Shown piece after piece: positions 25,342 to 35,396 of a stretch of 64,000 bases of DNA. Position numbers and translations under genes: made by a program. The first letter of the stretch is position 1. Each line of letters opens with the position of its first letter. The stretch is from Veleropilina oligotropha (Eukaryota): assembly GCA_048128005.1 (NCBI GenBank), contig JBEUKZ010000062.1, forward strand, positions 1 to 64,000, written 5' to 3'. The notes under the pieces were generated by a model, which made no database searches, had not been told where the DNA came from, and saw only the letters and a list, made by a program, of their open reading frames with translations.

Positions 25342-25773
25342 TTAGGCGAGCTTGTAGGCGACCAACCCGGTCGCAGCCATCCCCAGGATGATGAAGGTGA
25401 TCTCACGTCCCTTCTGGGCATCGCTCGGTGTGTAGTAGTCAGACAGCTGGGGCTCAGGGCCACCTCCCACAGCGATGGGGTCAAGGTTCTTGCCGGTGAT
25501 CAATGCATACTCACGGATCGCGGCGTCAACATCTCGGAATGTCCCAACGGCATGACCCTGGCGGCGAAGTTCAACGTTCAGCCAGTCGAGACGCTCTGCC
25601 CTCTTTTGGGACCATTTAGTCTGAGCAGCGTTGAGCTGTTCTACAGCAATGTCGTGGCGTTTACGCTCTGCATCGACACCGGAGCTGCGTAGCTTCGAGA
25701 AGAGGAAGTTGGAGCCGCTGAAGGCGAGGGCGTTGACGAGAGCGCCCCCAACCAGCATCGCAATGGAAGCCAT
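25342..25773 (-). CDS. Viral membrane-associated protein with hydrophobic N- and C-termini
   Basis: MASIAMLVGGALVNALAF... and ...ITFIILGMAATGLVAYKLA. Conserved in copy 2. Confidence 0.8.
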   Translation of the reverse strand: MASIAMLVGGALVNALAFSGSNFLFSKLRSSGVDAERKRHDIAVEQLNAAQTKWSQKRAERLDWLNVELRRQGHAVGTFRDVDAAIREYALITGKNLDPIAVGGGPEPQLSDYYTPSDAQKGREITFIILGMAATGLVAYKLA

Positions 25774-25804
25774 TGAAATGCTGCGATTATCTAGCAAGGT
25801 CCCA

Positions 25805-26044
25805 CTACTTCAATATATCGGCCGGAATGATGCCTTGCTTGATCAGCATGTCTTTCGTCGCCATGGCGAGCGATACGTCGAGGACGACCATCCCGACATC
25901 GTACCCCGTGAAGTCCAGTTTGGGGCTCGCTCCCTTGAATACCATCTTTGTCAGGCGTGCGTAGCCTATGGCGAGGCCTGACACTATAGCGGCGTGGTAT
26001 ACAGCGTTGCCGAGCATCTTTCCATCAGTGATTGGGGTAGTCAT
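25805..26044 (-). CDS. Small hydrophobic viral protein (79 aa)
   Basis: Two hydrophobic segments; near-identical in copy 2. Confidence 0.8.
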   Translation of the reverse strand: MTTPITDGKMLGNAVYHAAIVSGLAIGYARLTKMVFKGASPKLDFTGYDVGMVVLDVSLAMATKDMLIKQGIIPADILK

Positions 26045-26069
26045 AACTGTTGATTAGTACCGTTTGCGA

Positions 26070-26560
26070 CTATTGCATATGAAAAGGGTTCTGCTTCTTC
26101 AATTCGATAGTGGGGGCGGCCCGAGAGCACCGAGCGTCCGCGTCTGGTGGCTGTTGATGTGGTGTGGATGGCCCAGGGTTGCTGCGTTCTGAGGACGTCT
26201 TCCAGACAACAAATACCAACGCAACCGTACCGGCAGCGACGGCTACCTGGGTCCAATTAAATAGGTCCGATTTCCGTGTATCTGGCGCACGCGGTCTTTC
26301 TGCGGCTGGAACCGCCTCCCCGGGCTGTTCTGATGGAACGACAACACTTGTTGGGGCACTCAGGTCTTCTTTCATTTTTCGAACCGCGGCCAGTAGCTTC
26401 TCCTGCTTGGCTTTTCGAGCAGCAGCGCCGGCCCGACCTGCAGCCACTTTTTTCGGGTCCTTTTTACTCACTGATGAGTCTGTCGATGAAGTCACCCTCT
26501 CTATCGGCTGGCTCTCGATCGGCTGGCTCGACATCGTTTGGTCCACTTCCTGCGTTGTCA
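26070..26560 (-). CDS. Viral protein with a basic KKDPKKVAAGRAG helix and one TM segment
   Basis: Conserved in copy 2 (59035-59568) with an in-frame indel. Start codon uncertain. Confidence 0.7.
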
Positions 26561-27198
26561 TCTTGATCTGGTATTTTAGGCGGGCAGACGTGTCCAAATC
26601 GGCAGTGCTTAGCCGTGGTCAACGCTGCGGTCAGCGGTGCGAGGTACATGCCGTACTTGTGATACAGCTCACAGCTTGCAGTGCACAGCGCATGTGAGAT
26701 GAAAGGGTCGGCCTCGAGGTCAGCGATCAAACGTAGCTGATTTTGTGGTGGGATGGGCAAGAGCATCCCAGCTGCCCCCGCATAGAGGTTTATAGCTGCA
26801 GTCCCCAGGGTCTTCGTCATCTCCGCACCTAACCTCACTTCATACCGTGCGTAGTGTTTTTCAACCTCTTCGTCGGTCATAGCGTCGATCCGGTCAACTG
26901 TGAGGTTGCTCCCCCCCAAGTATTTGCCTGCCCGTCCTCCAATGGCTAATGCTGCAAGCCTCTCCCGTTTCTCTGCTACGCCGGTTTTAGGGTCCTCGGG
27001 CATCGAGCGGGGTGGCCCGGCCGCGGTCATTTCTTGTTCGTCATCCATAAGTTGATCGATGAGGCTGTCCATCCTTAAGCGTTTCCAACATCGCCTCACC
27101 GGTCTAATATAACTGTAAATCCAATACCACAATGTAGCGAGTAGGAGCAAGATCAGGCTCTGGCTGCAAGCAAAAGCTAGATATACAGCGTCCGACAT
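26464..27198 (-). CDS. Hypothetical viral protein with N-terminal TM-like segment
   Basis: Homologue in copy 2 (59429-60193) keeps the frame despite divergence. Confidence 0.7.
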   Translation of the reverse strand: MSDAVYLAFACSQSLILLLLATLWYWIYSYIRPVRRCWKRLRMDSLIDQLMDDEQEMTAAGPPRSMPEDPKTGVAEKRERLAALAIGGRAGKYLGGSNLTVDRIDAMTDEEVEKHYARYEVRLGAEMTKTLGTAAINLYAGAAGMLLPIPPQNQLRLIADLEADPFISHALCTASCELYHKYGMYLAPLTAALTTAKHCRFGHVCPPKIPDQDDNAGSGPNDVEPADREPADREGDFIDRLISE

Positions 27199-27229
27199 GC
27201 TAGGTAGTGCTGTAGATGCTAGGCAGATG

Positions 27230-27862
27230 CTAAAGCACACTATAAGCAACGGGCTGATCGGTCTTTAACAGAAGCTTAGCGTGTCGTGTCTCGGCCAACA
27301 GCCGGCGAACCTTGGTCCGTTCATCCTGCGACGGGATTACATCGTTCTCGCGCAGACAGTCCTCGAAACTGTCGCGGTCCTTGCAATGGAACAGCGCGAC
27401 CCAGCGGGTCTGCTCTCTGAGCTCCTTCAAGACCGAGTTGTACTTTTGCGTCACTACCCATACGCTCTGGGAAGCATGCCTGCCGCTGAAGGCCAACAAA
27501 GTCAGCATGTCCCTCCTCTTTGCCATAGCCTTGCTCGCGGCGCAGTCGTCGATTATGTACAGAGTTGATTCCCCCTGAAACAGTCGGTAGAACCCCCGCA
27601 GCCAGTCATGGAGTCGCTCACCCGGGGGGACTAAATACACCTCAGGGTCGGTCCAGATCCACGGACAAGACTGGTATGCTTTGTTGTACTTGATCGTGGG
27701 GCAGAGGACCACGATATGCCGGAAGACGCCTCGATACTCCCCTTCCAGCAGTTCAAGCATGAAAACCGTCTTCCCACAGCCCGTCTGACCGCAGATGATT
27801 GCGGAGTGGGGGTCCTTGGTGTGCGGAAATCGTTTAGTACAGTGCTTCGACGAATCGGCCAT
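27230..27862 (-). CDS. A32/FtsK-HerA-like genome packaging ATPase
   Basis: Walker A GQTGCGKT, Walker B YIIDD, SGRH arginine-finger motif, VVTQ. Confidence 0.9.
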   Translation of the reverse strand: MADSSKHCTKRFPHTKDPHSAIICGQTGCGKTVFMLELLEGEYRGVFRHIVVLCPTIKYNKAYQSCPWIWTDPEVYLVPPGERLHDWLRGFYRLFQGESTLYIIDDCAASKAMAKRRDMLTLLAFSGRHASQSVWVVTQKYNSVLKELREQTRWVALFHCKDRDSFEDCLRENDVIPSQDERTKVRRLLAETRHAKLLLKTDQPVAYSVL

Positions 27863-29135
27863 TCTCGATATTCAGCTGTGCGTCCATGATCACGAACTCG
27901 TAGACGTTCAGTGGACCGGCCGCTTCGGCTGTTTTAGTGATCTGAATAGTAATGCCTTCGCTGGCGTTCTCGACCCTCCGGCCTGACCCGTGCAACTGAT
28001 CGTCGTCAGTTACCCGCATATCGATCCAGAGCGCAAATTTCTTAGTCAGAAATTCGCCCAAAGTGACGTCTGCCATCTCCAAGTCCTTTGCGACCATTGC
28101 GACCTCAGGATGCCGCTTGCTGCAGCCGGAGGCGAACATTTTCTTGGCTTCTTCCCAGATCTGGTATGTTCGCATGCCCTGGCTGTAGATTTGATTCGGG
28201 ACACCCTCGATTGTGACCTCGACCTTTGTGATCTTCGGATTATAGAAGGCCTCAGTATCGCGAGAGAATGGCGCGGCGTCTCTCGCAGGGTCCTCGAACA
28301 ACAGTAGTATTCCTTTCATCGACCTCGCCGGTACGTTCACATTCATATTCCACAACGAGTCGCTCTTGTCTAGGGTGAGCTTCCGATGCCGGAGAACACG
28401 GTCGTACAGGATTACGAGTTGACCCTGGTATTGATTTCGAATCCGTCTGGCAAGCTCGGATTGGGTTACCATGTCATATTCGAGGGATATATTGTCGATG
28501 GAATAGCTGGAACCGGAGTCGTCCGTCTCCCGGATAGTCCGGGAGTAGTCGTTGAACGTTAGCTCATACTCGAGACGGTCTCCAAGGGCGCTTTGATAGA
28601 ATGGCATGTGACTTTCCAACAGCTCGAAATCCAGCGGGATGCGGAATCGGTTACCGTATGCGGCCGCGACCGCGACATCCTCAGACAGTCTGAAGGCGTC
28701 TGCCGCACCAACACGATGCTTCGTAGTGTTGTGTCCATCGCTGGTATCAATCCCCTGGTACTGGGCGTTCTTGCGCTCCCCTGTGGTCTTCCAGAGATCG
28801 CAGTAGCAGTGGTACACGTCGGAGTCGTCAATCGACATGATCTCGTTTCCACTTATCTTTATCGTGGTCTTTCTGATCACGGCACGGCCGATATTTTGCA
28901 CCACAGTCCTATTCGCATTTACCGAGGTCAGAGAGATGGTAAATGCAAGATGGGCAGTCCCTGGAACGATCACGTCATTCGCCCCGAGATTAGGGAACCG
29001 AACCAGGAGCTGCTGGTTCGGGGCAATCGTTGATGGATTGTTTGTAATCGTGACTGACTGGCGGATGCCCTTGACCGCAAGGGGCTCACGCAGTCTGCGG
29101 TATGGATTAAGCTTGCGTCCGTATACGCTAGTCAT
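27834..29135 (-). CDS. Putative double jelly-roll major capsid protein (~433 aa)
   Basis: Size, beta-strand-like alternating pattern, position next to the ATPase, and near-identity between copies. The fold is inferred. Confidence 0.75.
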   Translation of the reverse strand: MTSVYGRKLNPYRRLREPLAVKGIRQSVTITNNPSTIAPNQQLLVRFPNLGANDVIVPGTAHLAFTISLTSVNANRTVVQNIGRAVIRKTTIKISGNEIMSIDDSDVYHCYCDLWKTTGERKNAQYQGIDTSDGHNTTKHRVGAADAFRLSEDVAVAAAYGNRFRIPLDFELLESHMPFYQSALGDRLEYELTFNDYSRTIRETDDSGSSYSIDNISLEYDMVTQSELARRIRNQYQGQLVILYDRVLRHRKLTLDKSDSLWNMNVNVPARSMKGILLLFEDPARDAAPFSRDTEAFYNPKITKVEVTIEGVPNQIYSQGMRTYQIWEEAKKMFASGCSKRHPEVAMVAKDLEMADVTLGEFLTKKFALWIDMRVTDDDQLHGSGRRVENASEGITIQITKTAEAAGPLNVYEFVIMDAQLNIENGRFVEALY

Positions 29136-29171
29136 GGCTGAATTAGATGCGTATCCCACTGATGTATTCAA

Positions 29172-30485
29172 ATGGCGGAATTCGAGAACCCCGCATTCGA
29201 GCCGGACGATCTCATCGACAACGATGATACCATCATCGACGATACTGATGTGGATCTATCCACCGACCGGTTTATGCCTGTTCTTTCGGAACGGCCACAG
29301 GAAGGAACCAGCAGTCTTCAGCAAGAGCTCGTTCAGGGCGTGGTTGACGACTACTACAAAGCCCTGGCACAGGAGGGGCAGACCCCAGCCACGGGGCGAG
29401 ATTATTCAAAATTCAAGTATGTGAGGGGAAAATTAGGGAGGGGGGGGAAATTGGTGATGACGGACTACCCCGACATCAATCTCATAAATTCTCGCACCGG
29501 CAACCCCTTGGCGTTGTCAACAATAGCTGGCCGGCCTGGTGGGGGTGATGCAATCCGTGAAGGGTTGGGTTTTGTACACTGGACGCGGGGGGAAAAAAAG
29601 CTGGCCTCAAAAGCGGTTGCAGTTCTTCAGGCAGCCGACAACGAGTTGAGCGGTGCGGCCGCCAATGTCGAAAACATAGAACTGCGGGACTTGGGGCAGA
29701 CTGCTACTGATGCCTCGGTAGCAATCCACACGATGGAGACGAAATTCACTGATACCGAGGTTGAAGAGATCTTAGGCACAATGGGGGACCCTCCATTAAA
29801 TCTTCGCGAGCTTCGCGGACTTGACAAGGCGATGCAGACCATCCGAGGCGAACTAACCAACAATCTAGCCAAACTAACGGCGCTGGACGAACACATAGAG
29901 CTGGAGAAGATGAAGCTCGATCAGGCAGATGAAGAGGGCGGTGTGGATGAGTTCATCCGTCGACGGATCGCGGAACGTCTGCGCGACCTGAATGATGAAA
30001 GAGCAGCTCGCCTAGAGGCAGCATCATCAAGCCGGGAGGCCCTTCGCTCTCAAATCAGCCGGATCCGAGAGATGATAAGTCGGATCCTGAACACCGACAC
30101 AACGCTGGCCGAGCGTATCCGGACCCTGTTCCGCGAGCAAGGGGTCACGATCGCAACAATACTGACCGCTATCGGGCTCGCCATCTCGACTTTGGTACTA
30201 GCCCTGACAGGTGGAGCGCCGAGCCCGCCAACGCCACCACCACCTCCCAGTGGTCAGGGCGGGGTCAAGGAGTGGGTCAAAAAGCAGCTGCAGAACCTGG
30301 GAAGGATTCTAGGCAAACTAGCAGGGAAGGCCGCAGCCGCGCTCCCAGGAATACTTGGAAGCCTGGTCTCCTGGCTAATCAACCTGATTGGCAAGACAGC
30401 ATCGTGGCTCGCTGAAAACCTATGGGCACTGGTCATATCAGTTGGGGGCTTGCTTCTTATTGCCGCTAGACAGTGGGTCACGTAA
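29172..30485 (+). CDS. Coiled-coil membrane protein (437 aa)
   Basis: Acidic N-terminus, long heptad region, hydrophobic segments either side of a poly-Pro linker. Conserved in copy 2. Confidence 0.85.
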   Translation: MAEFENPAFEPDDLIDNDDTIIDDTDVDLSTDRFMPVLSERPQEGTSSLQQELVQGVVDDYYKALAQEGQTPATGRDYSKFKYVRGKLGRGGKLVMTDYPDINLINSRTGNPLALSTIAGRPGGGDAIREGLGFVHWTRGEKKLASKAVAVLQAADNELSGAAANVENIELRDLGQTATDASVAIHTMETKFTDTEVEEILGTMGDPPLNLRELRGLDKAMQTIRGELTNNLAKLTALDEHIELEKMKLDQADEEGGVDEFIRRRIAERLRDLNDERAARLEAASSSREALRSQISRIREMISRILNTDTTLAERIRTLFREQGVTIATILTAIGLAISTLVLALTGGAPSPPTPPPPPSGQGGVKEWVKKQLQNLGRILGKLAGKAAAALPGILGSLVSWLINLIGKTASWLAENLWALVISVGGLLLIAARQWVT

Positions 30486-31758
30486 GCCAAATAAACGCTA
30501 GACCAACGACAATGCCGCCCACGATAAGTGCGGTTTTCTCCTCGTCATGTGCCGCTGGAACAGCCGCCACTGAGGCCACAGCTGGCAGAGAGCTTGGATG
30601 CTTCGGAGTAACTACCGGTATGCTTGCATCTGCGTCTTGTGGAATAACCAGTCCTGTTTCTCCAGTATCCCCAGTGGCGTTGGGCGGCACACGGGCCGCG
30701 TTCACCGTAGTATTAAGACCGAGTGTCTGGTCTTCCGTGGCGACGACGATCTCATTGTTATAACCAGCCACCTGCCCGATCCGTAGAAGCATGTTACTTG
30801 GCGCCATGTACAGGCCAACGCCGAATACGAAGTCCACTTTGGACCTCGCATACTGGAGCACCTCTTGGTACCGTTTGATGGCTGCTGGGAGGTCAACGGG
30901 GGATGCGATGGCGTCTTCCACGTTCGCCAGGAACTGTTTCTGTGCGTCAAATGCCGTCCCACTACCCAGAATACTTGCACGCGTTTGAGCCTGCGCTCCA
31001 AGAATAGCCCAGACGTAGGTCCTGATGGAATCATTGAGCCTTTCCACGCCGGCCCTCGTGAATCCCACCGACCTGTCCAGAATAAAAGTAGCCCAACCGT
31101 TTTTAAGTGCAGGCGCTTGCGCGATGTAGTCCACGTGCAGATTCGTGTTGGTCGTACCTTTAGTGAAGGACATTCGGCTTGGATCATAGTCACGTCCGAT
31201 GGGGTGGTAGCCGTTGTTCGTCCAGTAGCTGTAAGCGGTGCCTAGTCCGCCGTTGGGACCCTTGACACGCCAGTCGGTATGGGGAGACACCCCAAATTCG
31301 CTGCAGATCTTCTCATATGCCCTGCGGTCATACGGGTTGTCGAATGCATCCCACGTCCGGTCCTGTGGCAGCGGCGCCTGAATTTCGGATAAGATTCGTC
31401 TGACCTGATAGTAGACGTGGAAGGTGAATACAGCAGTGGAGAGGGGGTCGGTCGCATTTAAGTGGTCTTCTGAGGAGATTCCGGAACCTGTTGTGGCACA
31501 CCAAACTGCGAAATTGACCTTGTTCTGCCAGAACCTCATCGGCGTGCTGTTCCAATCCCTTATCAGCCCGTCACTAGCGACATGAGGGAGGCGGTATTTC
31601 TGAAAGACGTCAGGGTATGTTGCCCCGAATGTAGTGGTTGAGCTATTACCCACATTGATGCTTGGTCTCGTAAGCTGCTCATCTTTGATCTTTGCTGGGT
31701 ACACCACACCGGTCGGATAGGCCGCACTCCTATTAAACGCAAAGGCGCTCTTAGCCAT
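30478..31758 (-). CDS. Viral protein with C-terminal TM anchor (426 aa)
   Basis: Long ORF ending ALIVGGIVVGLAFIWLT. The 3' part is conserved in copy 2. Confidence 0.85.
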   Translation of the reverse strand: MAKSAFAFNRSAAYPTGVVYPAKIKDEQLTRPSINVGNSSTTTFGATYPDVFQKYRLPHVASDGLIRDWNSTPMRFWQNKVNFAVWCATTGSGISSEDHLNATDPLSTAVFTFHVYYQVRRILSEIQAPLPQDRTWDAFDNPYDRRAYEKICSEFGVSPHTDWRVKGPNGGLGTAYSYWTNNGYHPIGRDYDPSRMSFTKGTTNTNLHVDYIAQAPALKNGWATFILDRSVGFTRAGVERLNDSIRTYVWAILGAQAQTRASILGSGTAFDAQKQFLANVEDAIASPVDLPAAIKRYQEVLQYARSKVDFVFGVGLYMAPSNMLLRIGQVAGYNNEIVVATEDQTLGLNTTVNAARVPPNATGDTGETGLVIPQDADASIPVVTPKHPSSLPAVASVAAVPAAHDEEKTALIVGGIVVGLAFIWLT

Positions 31759-31765
31759 AGCTACT

Positions 31766-32500
31766 ATGTTTCACACATTAACAAACGTTCAAGAGGGGAC
31801 CGCGGTTGCCCTCCTGGAGCCGATTGATAACCGGGACGGCAAGCTATGTGTCAGCTTGCAGTCGCTCGACTATTGGGTAGGCTGGCACAACGTGCATGCC
31901 GGAGCCTTCTTTAAGACCCCGGATACCACGGTCGACGTGGCACCAGGTTTCTACAGCTTCGATGACCTCGCCAAGACGATGAAGAGGTCGCTAGTTAACC
32001 TACAACTAGATGTAAGCCATGCTACAGGGCTCGCCCGAATCGTGGTCCCAGAGGGGACTCGACTCGCGATAAGTGACGATATACGAAAACTCCTAGACCT
32101 CTCTTCGTTTATTCTCGATAAAGCAGGGAATCTGAACCAACCGGTTCGGGGAGTACAGGGCCAACCACCTCCCCCTCCGGAGAGATCCGAGTGGCTACGC
32201 CCTGGGACTTATGACGGGAATAAGCCTGTCGGGTTTGCCATAGCGCCAACCCTGCACGTCCACCTGGAGCAGCTTAGTACAACGCACAATGTGAAGGACG
32301 GCGCCCCGAGCACTATTCTCGCGGTGGTCCCTATCACGTCGCAGATGTTCGGTGAAGCTGGCCACTATCATAGCTATCCCGCCGGCCGGCGACTACAGGC
32401 CGGGCTAATCACAGAGTTGAAGGTGTACGTCACAGACGCAGACAGTAACCCGATCGACAATCACGGCATGCCCATTACCGCAGTCCTTGCGATACAATGA
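31766..32500 (+). CDS. Putative minor capsid (penton, single jelly-roll) protein
   Basis: C-terminal pattern LHVHLE...ILAVVPI...ITELKVYVTDADSNPIDNHG resembles Polinton/virophage pentons. Confidence 0.7.
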   Translation: MFHTLTNVQEGTAVALLEPIDNRDGKLCVSLQSLDYWVGWHNVHAGAFFKTPDTTVDVAPGFYSFDDLAKTMKRSLVNLQLDVSHATGLARIVVPEGTRLAISDDIRKLLDLSSFILDKAGNLNQPVRGVQGQPPPPPERSEWLRPGTYDGNKPVGFAIAPTLHVHLEQLSTTHNVKDGAPSTILAVVPITSQMFGEAGHYHSYPAGRRLQAGLITELKVYVTDADSNPIDNHGMPITAVLAIQ

Positions 32501-32844
32501 GCAGCATCTACGGGACCCTGCTTGCAGACGAGCCCTCTTCCCCGACCCGGTGGCACTTTGTCCTTAATTGTGGGGTAGCGCCCAATAAGGGGCTGGCGAG
32601 GAGGGAGTTCATGTTTCCAAACACTAGAGGTCGGTTCGGGTTGAACCCAGCCCTTCTAATGATCCACCTGACGCCGGTCCAGCCGGCCGGGGGCCCCAAG
32701 GCATGTTCCATAAGTAAACTCAGCCTGGATTCGGATAAGTTAACCCTCGCCTTTGTCATCAAGGCCCCGTGGGTCGGCACTCTGTATTTGAACGTTACAG
32801 TAGACATTTTAAACAAACAGGCGGAACAATACAGCCACGTATGA
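32497..32844 (+). CDS. Hypothetical viral protein (115 aa)
   Basis: ATGA overlaps with both neighbouring genes. Confidence 0.65.
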   Translation: MSSIYGTLLADEPSSPTRWHFVLNCGVAPNKGLARREFMFPNTRGRFGLNPALLMIHLTPVQPAGGPKACSISKLSLDSDKLTLAFVIKAPWVGTLYLNVTVDILNKQAEQYSHV

Positions 32845-33476
32845 TGGACAACAAACCCTCAGCGCCAACGCTGTACCCACAACTTGGTGGCGATGTGCCT
32901 TCGGAAGTTCCGGAGGCACAGTCTTTCCGACTACAGAAAGTGAATGAGCTTCAGGGACAATTAGAACGAGAGAGGGACACAAGAGCTGCACTATATAAAA
33001 AGTACCGACGAGGTGTTAACGTCGTTGACGGTATAGATAACGGACTAGTCGTCGCCACACTTGGTATGGGTAGCGCTGGAATTGGTCTACTTTCCACAAT
33101 TGTAGCCGCCCCGGTCGTCCTAGTGCTGGAATTAGCGGCATTAGGGTGTGGGCTCGCCAGTATGGGTGGAAAGTATATCAGCCGGCGCCTCGGGGTGAAG
33201 GCTAAGAAACACGACGAGATTCGAGTCCTGGCCGACAGCAAGCTGAATACCATAACCGACCACGTCTCAAAGGCATTATCGGACGGGGTGATGTCTGATG
33301 ATGAATTCCAACTGGTCACAGGGGAGATGCAGAAATACCAAGCCATGAAGGCATCAATCCGGGATAAGAGTAGGAAGGCGCACACCGCGATTTCACAGAC
33401 CCAAAGCGAGCTTATTGAGCGTGGTCGTTTAGAGGGTCGCGCAGAGCTGCTGAAAAAAATCGGAGCTGGCGACTAA
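32841..33476 (+). CDS. Coiled-coil protein with a central hydrophobic hairpin
   Basis: FRLQKVNELQGQLERERD...YKKYRR followed by a Gly/Ala-rich double hydrophobic segment. Confidence 0.8.
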   Translation: MMDNKPSAPTLYPQLGGDVPSEVPEAQSFRLQKVNELQGQLERERDTRAALYKKYRRGVNVVDGIDNGLVVATLGMGSAGIGLLSTIVAAPVVLVLELAALGCGLASMGGKYISRRLGVKAKKHDEIRVLADSKLNTITDHVSKALSDGVMSDDEFQLVTGEMQKYQAMKASIRDKSRKAHTAISQTQSELIERGRLEGRAELLKKIGAGD

Positions 33477-33558
33477 CTATCCAGGTTGAGCGTAGCCACG
33501 ACTACCCCGCTCCTCCCCCGTATTAAAGCTAGAAATCGACAGTGGTATCTGGACAACC

Positions 33559-33990
33559 ATGAAATCCATGAAATCTATGCTACTGTGTATTGCCGCGGTG
33601 TGCTGGCTAGGGGGTGTGTCTACCCAGGCGTCGACACACAACACTGCATTAATTCTGGAACATACGTGGACTAGGTACCGAAATCATCCCAGGTATAACG
33701 CCCGATTTGACCCCTTACGTAGAAACTTGCTTCTTCGCCCGGGTAGAGACCCCACCCCTGATGTCTCTCCACCGTCATGCCACTATTTTATTATCGGAGA
33801 GAATGACTGTAGCCCTGCCACACCAAGAGATACTGTCACATGTGTCCAGTGTTCGACCCCCTCGTTATGTCCTGGAAAAAATGGGGAGTATTATACCATG
33901 CTGTCTGGCTGCTTCGGTGTGTGGAGAAAAGTCGGACACATCTCACCCTGTAATTGTACTTTAATATCGGGCAACTATATATTCATATAA
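33559..33990 (+). CDS. Secreted Cys-rich protein (143 aa)
   Basis: Signal-peptide-like N-terminus, 8 Cys in the C-terminal half ending CNC, ATTAAA just downstream. Confidence 0.65.
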   Translation: MKSMKSMLLCIAAVCWLGGVSTQASTHNTALILEHTWTRYRNHPRYNARFDPLRRNLLLRPGRDPTPDVSPPSCHYFIIGENDCSPATPRDTVTCVQCSTPSLCPGKNGEYYTMLSGCFGVWRKVGHISPCNCTLISGNYIFI

Positions 33991-34599
33991 ACCAGCTGCT
34001 CCTGCATTAAAACATATTTTTCCGGCTTTCCCCTGCGTATATTGTACCATTCAAAGTTGGTTGAAGTTCACGCAGGGGCTGCTTCACCTCTTTGTCTGAT
34101 TGCGCTTGTAAAAAAAAAGATAAAATTGAAAAACTCGAAAAAAATATTCTGTTTATTGTTATTATTGCTTAAGTATGTATCATTGATGTCTCTCCTGTAT
34201 ATTCTTGTGTACATTGTACTGTAATATTAGTTATAGTTTGTACTGCGCTTAGAGCTACACTAGGAGAGACATCAATGTATTAAATAATAATATTAATATC
34301 CCAGTCAGCCATCTACTTGGTTCATTCGTGCCCGATTTATGAATGGCAACAGTCGTTAAAAGCATGACACGCCATTTATATAGTACTATAGAAATGCTGT
34401 CTGGCTGCTTCTGCGCGTATGAATGAAATACCTCGCAGTCCCGAGTCGACCCAGATATAAAAATTTTCTGGCTCAAGTCAAGAAAGATTGGCCCAGATTT
34501 CTTTTTCTGGTCTCCAACATTCCGTTTGGCACAGAAAGAATATATCAGTCCCCATGTTTACATGGTGGACAGTAATCTAGTGGAGTCATGGTCACGTGG

Positions 34600-34810
34600 C
34601 AATACAGCCTTCTAGAATGATCACAGATCGTCAACAAGTATGTGTACGTGGAAAGCTCTAGAACGAACAGAGCTCGTCAACAAGTTATATATGGAAATGT
34701 GTACGTGGAAAGCTTCTAGAAAGTACAGATATCGTCAGAAGTTATATATGGGAATGTGGCAATAAACTGATCTAGAAGGCCGTAGAACGCACAGAGAAAC
34801 TATATAAGCT
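34600..34810 (+). promoter_or_regulatory. Repeated upstream motifs and TATA box
   Basis: GTGTACGTGGAAAGCT twice, GTTATATATGG twice, repeated CTAGAA, and TATATAAG at 34801, 37 nt before ATG 34838. Confidence 0.45.
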
Positions 34811-34837
34811 CCCCATAACGTATCGAGTCACATACAA

Positions 34838-35125
34838 ATGGATAGCATTACAAGAAAACTACCTAATTTGACAATGGACCAACAACGTGGTTTTGTCGAG
34901 AACTTTCTGCATGAAGAAGCCGCCGATAATCAGGTATCGAAAAATACGACAAGACTGGAACTGGCCCGAACCAAAAATCGAAAGGACAACATATACCAAA
35001 ACATGAAAAAAACCAAGTGGAGGATGAAAAAAATGCTCGAAAAACTCCGTGAGCTTGAAATTGCCCATGATGCAGCAGCCGCAGATGTACGCAGGCTGCA
35101 AAACCTACTGAAGGACGACGAATAG
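34838..35125 (+). CDS. Small basic coiled-coil protein (95 aa)
   Basis: ORF follows a TATA box and has a tandem paralogue at 35229. Confidence 0.6.
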   Translation: MDSITRKLPNLTMDQQRGFVENFLHEEAADNQVSKNTTRLELARTKNRKDNIYQNMKKTKWRMKKMLEKLRELEIAHDAAAADVRRLQNLLKDDE

Positions 35126-35228
35126 GCAACCGTAACAACAGAACTAGGCACCCGACACACCACCATAACTTGGTCAGTCGGGGCCATCAGTATCTGGTAG
35201 ATACTCTGACGAGGCCTCACAGGCCGAA

Positions 35229-35396
35229 ATGGCTGATGACCAAGGTATTGGCTTGAAAAAATCTGTTTTGACGACTTGGCTGCAGGTGCAGAGACTTGAA
35301 CTGGCTATAGCCAAAAACCGCAGGGACACTAAGTACCAAAACATGATAAAAACTAAAGAGGATCCGAACTATCCACAGGTAAGCGTTTTAATTTAA
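35229..35396 (+). CDS. 55-aa paralogue of 34838-35125 (not in the ORF track)
   Basis: RLELAIAKNRRDTKYQNMIKTK aligns with RLELARTKNRKDNIYQNMKKTK. Confidence 0.45.
   Translation: MADDQGIGLKKSVLTTWLQVQRLELAIAKNRRDTKYQNMIKTKEDPNYPQVSVLI

Noticed and set aside
20286..31555. Many antisense or overlapping ORFs inside viral genes (e.g. 20697-21470, 26164-26697, 28837-29424)
   Set aside because: Shadow frames of GC-rich coding DNA; their recurrence in copy 2 follows from nucleotide identity.
25079..33990. Adenain/Ulp1-like maturation protease
   Set aside because: No HW...D...Q...CG motif set found by eye in any ORF; absence needs HMM confirmation.
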